A stretch of DNA of 56,021 nucleotides from Hydrogenovibrio sp. (GTDB taxonomy: Bacteria; Pseudomonadota; Gammaproteobacteria; Thiomicrospirales; Thiomicrospiraceae). Numbering within the stretch: the first letter of the stretch is position 1; every line of letters begins with the position of its first letter. The position numbers were made by a program, and so were the translations under genes. Below the pieces are notes generated by a model. The model worked only from the letters and a program-made list of their open reading frames with translations. It was not told the origin of the DNA and did not search any database. Shown here piece after piece: positions 49,456-56,021 of the stretch. The DNA lies in NCBI GenBank assembly GCA_965658885.1, contig CBFHUY010000001.1, forward strand, positions 1 to 56,021. Direction: 5' to 3'.

Positions 49456-51033
49456 ATGTCGCTTCAGCTGGAAACCAATCGAAGACGCACCTTTGCAATC
49501 ATTTCGCACCCGGATGCGGGTAAGACCACCGTCACTGAGAAGTTGCTTCTTTATGGTGGGGCGATACAGATGGCGGGTGCGGTTAAAAGTCGCAAAACCG
49601 ATCGTGCAGCCACCTCGGATTGGATGAAAATGGAGCAGGAAAGAGGTATCTCGGTTGCGTCTTCTGTGATGCAGTTTCCCTATCAAGACGTGATGATTAA
49701 TCTATTGGATACGCCGGGGCACGAGGATTTCTCAGAGGATACCTATCGCACCTTAACGGCAGTGGACTCGGCGCTAATGGTGATTGATGTCGCGAAAGGG
49801 GTTGAAGATCGCACCATTAAATTAATGGATGTTTGTCGTTTAAGAGATACCCCTATTTTAACGTTTATCAATAAGTTGGACCGAGAAGGTAAGGAACCGA
49901 TCGAGTTATTGGATGAAGTAGAGTCGGTTCTGAATATTCTATGTGCGCCTATTACTTGGCCGATTGGTATGGGTAAGCGCTTTAAAGGCATCTATCATCT
50001 GTTAAACGATACCATTCGTTTGTTTGAGTCAGCTGATGGTTTAAATGCGTCAGAAGGCGAATTAATTCAAGGGATCGATAACCCAGAATTGGACCAAAAA
50101 ATTGGCTCTGCAATGGCTGAAGAGTTGCGTGATGAAATTGAATTGGTCAAGGGGGCGAGTCATGCCTTTGATTTGGATGGATTTTTAAAAGGTGAGTTGA
50201 CCCCTGTATTTTTTGGTTCAGCGGTCAATAACTTTGGCTTGCAAGAACTGTTAGATGGTTTTGCTCGATATGCGCCAGCTCCCGTGGGTCGAGAAGCTAA
50301 AGAACGATTTGTTTCTGCAAACGAAGAAAAGCTATCTGGATTCGTGTTTAAAATTCAAGCCAATATGGACCCAAAGCACCGTGATAGAGTGGCCTTTATG
50401 CGAATCGTATCGGGACAGTATCATAAGGGCATGAGTTTAAAGCATGTGCGTATCGGTAAGGATGTCAAAATTTCGAAGGCCATTACTTTTTTAGCCAATC
50501 GAAGAGATCAAGCTGAACAGGCCTATCCAGGTGATATTATCGGCTTGCATAATCATGGCACCATTAAGATTGGGGATACTTTTTCAGAAGATGAATCTCT
50601 AAAATTTATTGGGATTCCAAATTTTGCGCCGGAGCTATTTCGTCGTGCGCAATTAAAAGATCCTATGAAGATGAAAGCGTTGCAAAAAGGGCTAACGCAA
50701 TTGTCAGAAGAAGGTGCGACACAGTTGTTCCGACCCGTGAGCAACAATGATTTGATTTTGGGTGCCGTCGGTGTTTTGCAGTTTGAAGTGGTGGCACAGC
50801 GCTTAAAGGATGAATATAACGTCAGTTGTTTCTTTGAGCCAGTCAATGTCAGTACCGCCAGATGGGTCATTGGTCCTTCAGCGGAAATTGAGAAGTTTTT
50901 GGCGAAAGTAAAAGATAATGTGGCCTATGATGCAGCCGATCAATTGGTCTATATTGCGCCGACACGCGTCAATTTAACGCTGACAGAAGAAAGGTGGCCG
51001 GAATTGCAGTTTGTAGCGATTCGGGAGCATTGA
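49456..51033 (+). CDS. prfC: Peptide chain release factor 3
   Basis: [38 protein letters not shown]. Its own TATAAT at 49390. Confidence 0.98.
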   Translation: MSLQLETNRRRTFAIISHPDAGKTTVTEKLLLYGGAIQMAGAVKSRKTDRAATSDWMKMEQERGISVASSVMQFPYQDVMINLLDTPGHEDFSEDTYRTLTAVDSALMVIDVAKGVEDRTIKLMDVCRLRDTPILTFINKLDREGKEPIELLDEVESVLNILCAPITWPIGMGKRFKGIYHLLNDTIRLFESADGLNASEGELIQGIDNPELDQKIGSAMAEELRDEIELVKGASHAFDLDGFLKGELTPVFFGSAVNNFGLQELLDGFARYAPAPVGREAKERFVSANEEKLSGFVFKIQANMDPKHRDRVAFMRIVSGQYHKGMSLKHVRIGKDVKISKAITFLANRRDQAEQAYPGDIIGLHNHGTIKIGDTFSEDESLKFIGIPNFAPELFRRAQLKDPMKMKALQKGLTQLSEEGATQLFRPVSNNDLILGAVGVLQFEVVAQRLKDEYNVSCFFEPVNVSTARWVIGPSAEIEKFLAKVKDNVAYDAADQLVYIAPTRVNLTLTEERWPELQFVAIREH

Positions 51034-51197
51034 TTTTGGGTAGGGTTAACCCTTTGTTTTTAAGGGCTTTTGATTCTAGTAGGAATTAATGGTAAAGTAA
51101 GAAGCTTATTATATAAAGAATCCTTATTTTTACGATTAAAAACTACTTGGGTTCTTTGTCATCACTCAATCTAACAAGATATAGGTATGCCATCAAT

Positions 51198-51341
51198 ATG
51201 AAACTTAAGCGCAGACAAGAAGATATTTTTCGGACGCAAAAGAAATCGAGTTCAAAGTTCTTGCTTGGCTTGATTGCTTTGCTAATTGGCGCTTTTACCT
51301 ATGTTTATATGGTTGACCCTAGCTTAATTCAGCTTTTATAA
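51198..51341 (+). CDS. Small single-TM membrane protein, 47 aa
   Basis: Basic N-terminus, then the hydrophobic helix FLLGLIALLIGAFTYVYMV. Upstream TTGATT-N17-TAAAGT (51070-51098) and AGGT. Confidence 0.55.
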   Translation: MKLKRRQEDIFRTQKKSSSKFLLGLIALLIGAFTYVYMVDPSLIQLL

Positions 51342-51360
51342 ATCCTTATCTAAATCAGGG

Positions 51361-52722
51361 CTATACCTTTAAGATGATGGTAGCCAGTCCTAAAAAGACA
51401 AAAAAACCGAGAGAGTCTGTCACGGTTGTTAGCATTAATCCGGAAGCCAATGCCGGATCGATTTTCATTTTATTTAAAAATAGCGGAATCATCGCACCTG
51501 CCAGTGCTGCAGCCACTAAGTTGATCAACATGGCGGCGCCAAAAATCAATCCCAACGAACCATCTTGAAACCAGAATCCCGCTGCTAAACTTGTCATAAT
51601 GGCCCATAGGATGCCATTGAGTACGCCGACAGATGTTTCTTTGTAAATGAGTTTATAACTGTTTTTAGAACCGAGCTTGCCGGTGGCAATGGCTCGGATG
51701 ACAATGGTGGCCGTTTGCGTGCCGGCTATGCCACCCATGCTGGCGACAATGGGCATTAAAATTGCCAACGCAACGATCTGTTGAATGGTCGCTTCAAAAA
51801 AACCAATGACAATCGATGCAAATATCGCGGTAAATAGGTTAATTCCCAACCAAAATGAACGTCGTTTTGCAGATCGTAATGGTGGCGCGAATAAGTCTTC
51901 TTCATCATCTAGACCCGCACTGAGCATTTGACTTCGTTCAGCATCTTCACGAATGATATCAACGACGTCATCAATGGTGATGCGACCTAATACATAGTTA
52001 TTTTCATCAACTACCGCGATGGAGATGAGGTCGTTTTTTTCAAAAATATGGGCGACTTCTTTATCCGTTGTCAGTGCTTTGATGGCAAAGCGGTTGGGGT
52101 CGACTAAGTTGGCGACCAGTGTATCGGTGTCATTCACCAATAGGTCGTTCAGTTTTATGGTTCCTTGATATTGTCCATCTCTATCTCTGACAATTAAGTC
52201 GACCATGTCATTCGGGAGGGATCCGACTTTACGCAGCAGCCGCATCACGACTTCAATGGTGACATCGGAACGAACTGCAATAAAGTCGGTACTCATTAAC
52301 CCCCCTGCGGTATCTTCAGGATAAGATAGTGCGGTTTGTACGGCTTCTCTATCTTGTTCCGGAAGTTGTTGCAGCATGCCTTCCTTATCCGATTCAGGTA
52401 GTGATTGGATAATGTCGGCGATGTCATCTGTCTCAAGGTTTTCAGTGAGTTCAATAATTTCATTTTGATTAAGCAAACTCAGTAGGTGTGAGCGAACTTC
52501 ATCATTGGTATGACCTAGGATTTCGCCTTGGGTTTCAGATGGGAGTTGTGCCCAAAGCGTATCACGCTCTTTTGGTGGGGTTGCTTCAAGTATTTCAGCA
52601 ATTTCCTCGGCAACCAGTCCTTGTAGTAATTCTTGAATATAGGGGGTGTTCTGCTCATTGAGAGCGGTATAGAGCTGTTCTGTAATATGTAGTTTGTCTG
52701 ATGAAGTATGGATTTGAGACAT
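51361..52722 (-). CDS. mgtE: Magnesium transporter MgtE
   Basis: YPEDTAGGLM, CBS pair, GRITIDD, MGGIAGTQ, IDPALA, TTVTD. Confidence 0.96.
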   Translation of the reverse strand: MSQIHTSSDKLHITEQLYTALNEQNTPYIQELLQGLVAEEIAEILEATPPKERDTLWAQLPSETQGEILGHTNDEVRSHLLSLLNQNEIIELTENLETDDIADIIQSLPESDKEGMLQQLPEQDREAVQTALSYPEDTAGGLMSTDFIAVRSDVTIEVVMRLLRKVGSLPNDMVDLIVRDRDGQYQGTIKLNDLLVNDTDTLVANLVDPNRFAIKALTTDKEVAHIFEKNDLISIAVVDENNYVLGRITIDDVVDIIREDAERSQMLSAGLDDEEDLFAPPLRSAKRRSFWLGINLFTAIFASIVIGFFEATIQQIVALAILMPIVASMGGIAGTQTATIVIRAIATGKLGSKNSYKLIYKETSVGVLNGILWAIMTSLAAGFWFQDGSLGLIFGAAMLINLVAAALAGAMIPLFLNKMKIDPALASGLMLTTVTDSLGFFVFLGLATIILKV

Positions 52723-52831
52723 TGGCTACTCTTTAAATTGGGTTTAACAGAGCTCTGTATATGACAGCCTGCTTCGGCGTTTTAGTTTAAGCTGAAGAAA
52801 TTGTATGTTATGCCGTTTCGGAAAGCTAGCG

Positions 52832-52856
52832 AAAAAAAAGGGCTAAAAAGCCCTTT
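52832..52856 (-). terminator. Intrinsic terminator after hpf
   Basis: Minus strand AAAGGGCT-TTTT-AGCCCTTTTTTTT. Confidence 0.8.
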
Positions 52857-52870
52857 GATTGAGAGAGGTT

Positions 52871-53206
52871 TTACGCCTCTTCTTCGGTGGTCATATTTTT
52901 GACCCCACCGGATTTTTGTCGGTGGCTACCAATTTTTTCTTTGTGCTTAATAATTTGACGATCAAGTTTATCAACAAGACCATCAATGGAAGCATACATA
53001 TCATCGCAAGTATGCTCTGCAAATAAGTCTTTGCCAGATGCATGGACGGTTGCTTCAGCTTTTTGCTGCTGTTTTTCAACGGTCAAAATAACATGCGAGT
53101 TGGTCACATGGTCAAAATGGCGGGTTAGTTTTTGCATTTTTTCAGTGACGTATTCACGAAGAGGATCTGTCACTTCAATGTGGTGACCTGTAATATTGAT
53201 TTGCAT
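52871..53206 (-). CDS. hpf: Ribosome hibernation promoting factor
   Basis: MQINITGHH.EVT, DMYASID.L.DKL.RQ..KHKEK. Own extended -10 TGCTATACT at 53286-53294. Confidence 0.95.
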   Translation of the reverse strand: MQINITGHHIEVTDPLREYVTEKMQKLTRHFDHVTNSHVILTVEKQQQKAEATVHASGKDLFAEHTCDDMYASIDGLVDKLDRQIIKHKEKIGSHRQKSGGVKNMTTEEEA

Positions 53207-53319
53207 TTTATCGCTCCTTTATTTGATTTTCTCTGCGATGTTAGGAGAGTTTTTTATCTGAAAGACCCAAAAGGGCTTTAATTGAAGTATAGCATAACCC
53301 GCTATTTCAGACGGGGATT

Positions 53320-54042
53320 TTACTTGAAATTATCACCCAAATAAACGCGTTTGACATCTGGATTAGCCAGGATTTCATTGGGTGCGCCTTGGGCGAGAAT
53401 GGTTCCGGCATGTAAAATATAAGCTTGGTCACAAACCCCTAATGTTTCTCTTACATTATGATCGGTAATGAGTACGCCGATCCCTTTCATTTTTAAGTGA
53501 AGAATGATGCTTTGAATATCTTTAACGGAAATAGGGTCCACACCCGCAAAGGGTTCATCCAGTAGAATAAAGTTGGGTTCCATGGCTAATGCTCGAGCGA
53601 TTTCAACACGGCGGCGTTCTCCACCTGAAAGCGCTTGTCCAAGTTGCGTGGTAATGTGTGAAATTTGCAAGTCATCAACCAGGGCTTCATAATGCTGCCA
53701 TTTTTTGGACTCTGTCATGTCATCACGCATTTCTAAAATGGCCAAAATGTTTTGTTTGACGGTCAGTTTTCGAAAAACAGAAGCTTCCTGTGGCAAATAG
53801 CCAATTCCCATTTTGGCGCGTTGATCAATGGTTTTCTGACTGATTTCTATATCATCCAGAAAAATTTCACCGGCATCATTATTAACAAGTCCCGTCATCA
53901 TATAAAAGGTCGTGGTTTTACCCGCGCCATTAGGACCGAGCAACCCCACGACTTGACCGCTTTCTACATCTAAGTTGACAGAGCTGACAACTTGACGTCG
54001 TTTATAGCTTTTAGCCAAGTTTCGAGCGTAAAAATGTGCCAT
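53320..54042 (-). CDS. lptB: LPS export ABC ATPase
   Basis: [48 protein letters not shown]. Confidence 0.97.
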   Translation of the reverse strand: MAHFYARNLAKSYKRRQVVSSVNLDVESGQVVGLLGPNGAGKTTTFYMMTGLVNNDAGEIFLDDIEISQKTIDQRAKMGIGYLPQEASVFRKLTVKQNILAILEMRDDMTESKKWQHYEALVDDLQISHITTQLGQALSGGERRRVEIARALAMEPNFILLDEPFAGVDPISVKDIQSIILHLKMKGIGVLITDHNVRETLGVCDQAYILHAGTILAQGAPNEILANPDVKRVYLGDNFK

Positions 54043-54045
54043 GGT

Positions 54046-54612
54046 TTAGGGCGCCTTTTGTGGATCAGGTTTAGAAACGTCTGATGCCTTGTCTGATTCA
54101 GGTTGGAAGGTCACGGTTATCCGCTTGCTGTCTGTTTCTGTTCCTTTTGCCGATAGGGTTTTGTCGGTTAGGTTGTAGGTGATTTTAGGGCCAGAAATGC
54201 TATTTTTATCGGCTTGATTAATGTGGGCATCGCCTTCAAGGATAACGATTTTTTCGAGCGTCTGATAGGTGATCTGGTCAGCCTGGCCATTTACCCAGGT
54301 TTGGTCATCTTCATTGAATTTTTTAAAGGTCGCGGGGTTTCCAATAATAATGGCTTGATTGACTTGGCGTTCGGGATGCAAAATGGTGACTGTTTCGCCT
54401 TTAATTTCGGTCAGACCTTGCGTGATAATGACATTGCCTTGGTAAGTGCTTTCGCCAATATTGTCTTGAGCGAGTAAGCTATCTGCAGTAATTTCTATGG
54501 GTAAATCTTCTTCAAGCGGTTTGGTTTCTGCGTAGCTATTCGTGAAAATAGAGGATAGCACAATGCTGATGACCGAAAAAATGATGAAATGTTGAGATGA
54601 AAGGTTGGTCAT
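54046..54612 (-). CDS. lptA: LPS transport periplasmic protein LptA
   Basis: Signal peptide, PIEITAD, YQGNVIITQG, GNPATF, synteny. Confidence 0.9.
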   Translation of the reverse strand: MTNLSSQHFIIFSVISIVLSSIFTNSYAETKPLEEDLPIEITADSLLAQDNIGESTYQGNVIITQGLTEIKGETVTILHPERQVNQAIIIGNPATFKKFNEDDQTWVNGQADQITYQTLEKIVILEGDAHINQADKNSISGPKITYNLTDKTLSAKGTETDSKRITVTFQPESDKASDVSKPDPQKAP

Positions 54613-54629
54613 TCGGTTTATTATGATTC

Positions 54630-55220
54630 CTAATTGTGGCGAGTTGAACTAGGCTGGTATCGAGTTTTGACGTCGGATAAAAATTCTATTGTACCTAAAG
54701 CATTGTCCGCTTTAAAGCCAGTGCCACTGATTGTTGTGTTTGCTTGTGTCATTTTAGTAAAAACTTGACTGGTGATTTGTTTAGACTGGGTATTATAAGA
54801 AATCTCATTAGAGGTTAAGGTTTTATTTTCTTTCGGGTTTGTTTTGTCTCGAACAAAAACCTGGACATCACCATTGAATATTAAAACTTGATCATTGAGG
54901 CTTTTTCCAGTTTGGCTCGTCAAAGAGGTGCGATTTTCGGGTCGGTCGTCAATAATATAAGGTGCCTTAAAAAAGCTTTGGCGAGATTCTTTATGGTATT
55001 GAATTTCATTGGCATAGACTGCCGTCTGTTGTGCTTGAGCGTCAGTGGATGGTGGGATTTGCCAACTGGTTGATTCATATAGTTGCCAAGTCGGTTTGAT
55101 TGCGATATCTTGCGCGCTTAAGGCTTTCTCTGCATTGTCGGGCTGAGTTTGTTTAAAAGCAATCAGCAGGGCGGTAAGGGATAGCAGGAATAATAAAATA
55201 GCAGGCAATCTTTTTTTCAT
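54630..55220 (-). CDS. lptC: LPS export protein LptC
   Basis: N-terminal TM, beta-rich body, located between kdsC and lptA. Confidence 0.85.
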   Translation of the reverse strand: MKKRLPAILLFLLSLTALLIAFKQTQPDNAEKALSAQDIAIKPTWQLYESTSWQIPPSTDAQAQQTAVYANEIQYHKESRQSFFKAPYIIDDRPENRTSLTSQTGKSLNDQVLIFNGDVQVFVRDKTNPKENKTLTSNEISYNTQSKQITSQVFTKMTQANTTISGTGFKADNALGTIEFLSDVKTRYQPSSTRHN

Positions 55221-55271
55221 CAGGCAGTTCCTTGCGCAATCTGTTTAGCCGTGCAAGAGGTCTTTAGAAGA

Positions 55272-55805
55272 CTATCTTAAATAAAAATCCATATGGGCTT
55301 GCCATAGATTTTGGGATTTTAGGATGAGTTCACAGAGTTCTCTAACACAGCCTTGCCCTCCATTAAAACGCGAAACATAATCCACTCTTGGAATCACTTC
55401 ACTATCCGCATCTCTAGGGCAGGCAGATAAGCCAACTCTTGTTAAAATTGGCAGGTCCAAAATGTCGTCGCCAATATAGGCGATATGCTTCATTTCTAAA
55501 TCGAGTTCTTCGGCAAGCGCAAGGAAAGTCGGAAGTTTATCGGGTACGCCTTGGTAGAGGTGTTTGACCTTTAAGTCCTGCATACGTTTTTTTGTGAGAG
55601 GTGAGGTTCGACCGGTAATAATACCAATGTCAATGCCACTCTTTTGTAGCATCACCATGCCGTGTCCGTCACGGGTATAGAAGGCTTTGTACTCTTGGCC
55701 GTCATCGCCATAGATGAGCTTATTGTCGGTTAGTACACCGTCTACATCTAAAATGAGTAATTGAATCTGTTGGGCTTTTTCAGTAATTTCTGCTTCAAAT
55801 GACAT
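55272..55805 (-). CDS. kdsC: KDO 8-phosphate phosphatase
   Basis: DVDGVLTD, ITGR, GDDILD, GG.G.VRE. Confidence 0.95.
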   Translation of the reverse strand: MSFEAEITEKAQQIQLLILDVDGVLTDNKLIYGDDGQEYKAFYTRDGHGMVMLQKSGIDIGIITGRTSPLTKKRMQDLKVKHLYQGVPDKLPTFLALAEELDLEMKHIAYIGDDILDLPILTRVGLSACPRDADSEVIPRVDYVSRFNGGQGCVRELCELILKSQNLWQAHMDFYLR

Positions 55806-55811
55806 AGGGGG

Positions 55812-56021
55812 TTAACCATTAATTGCACGAAAATATAATAGTAACATGTAACCCACAAAACTGATTAATAAAAGGCTGCCCTCGGTTCGGGTTATGACGG
55901 CACTTCCTTTACGTGGAAGTGCAACTAAGAGCATAGCGAGCGTTAAGGCGAGCATAATAGGGTAATCAATGATAAGGGTGGTGTTTTCGATTAATGACGG
56001 CGCTATCAGAGCCGGCATTGA
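55812..56021 (-). CDS. Ca2+/Na+ antiporter, YrbG family, 3' end only (truncated by the window edge)
   Basis: PALIAP...DYPIML...ITRTEGSLLL..FVGY matches the C-terminus of YrbG-like exchangers. Synteny fits. Confidence 0.75.
   Translation of the reverse strand, partial: SMPALIAPSLIENTTLIIDYPIMLALTLAMLLVALPRKGSAVITRTEGSLLLISFVGYMLLLYFRAING

Noticed and set aside
52747-52758. 12-bp palindrome ACAGAGCTCTGT in the mgtE leader as a Mg2+ regulatory element
   Set aside because: No M-box or leader-peptide features were recognised, and a single short palindrome is compatible with chance.
2459-55073. Many 60-160-aa ORFs overlapping or antisense to identified genes (e.g. 2846..3325, 23031..23447, 28104..28478, 44647..45042)
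   Set aside because: Shadow ORFs of well-supported genes with no recognisable motifs.
1-56021. CRISPR array, prophage, IS element or defence island
   Set aside because: No regularly spaced repeats and no cas, integrase, transposase or phage genes. The palindromes are dispersed singletons.

Overview
Core-chromosome segment of a mid-GC gammaproteobacterium. Gene content and order suggest the Thiomicrorhabdus/Thiomicrospira/Hydrogenovibrio group, which is an inference. Housekeeping blocks are rlmI, lysA-lptM, feoABC, proC-yggT-metXW, gdhA, cmoM, yggS, ppk2, yqgE-ruvX-pyrB-pyrC', metK-metF-rsmE-gshA-gshB-apbE, purEK, nnr-uppP, folB-plsY-tsaD, rpsU-yqeY-dnaG-rpoD-tRNA-Ile2, a BaeSR-like pair, prfC, mgtE, hpf and lptCAB-kdsC. 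No CRISPR array, integrase, transposase or phage gene was seen. The non-routine signals form a dispersed c-di-GMP/motility layer plus a repeat. (1) An orphan c-di-GMP-I riboswitch sits between its own sigma70 promoter and a strong terminator with no convincing ORF, making it a candidate riboswitch-bearing sRNA. (2) A palindrome AAAA-N(3-4)-CCAGGCCTGG-N(2-4)-TTTT occurs at least 12 times with a perfect core, in both intergenic and coding DNA. (3) A tandem pair of stand-alone FliG C-terminal-like proteins lacking the torque charges lies behind a sigma54 promoter. (4) Three PilZ proteins have the PilZ domain split by a ~200-aa insert. Also present are a Pho-box-preceded EAL-CBS-GGDEF gene, a SAM-II riboswitch with an unusually long platform, a sigma28 gene, candidate leaderless mRNAs and a frameshifted diguanylate cyclase.
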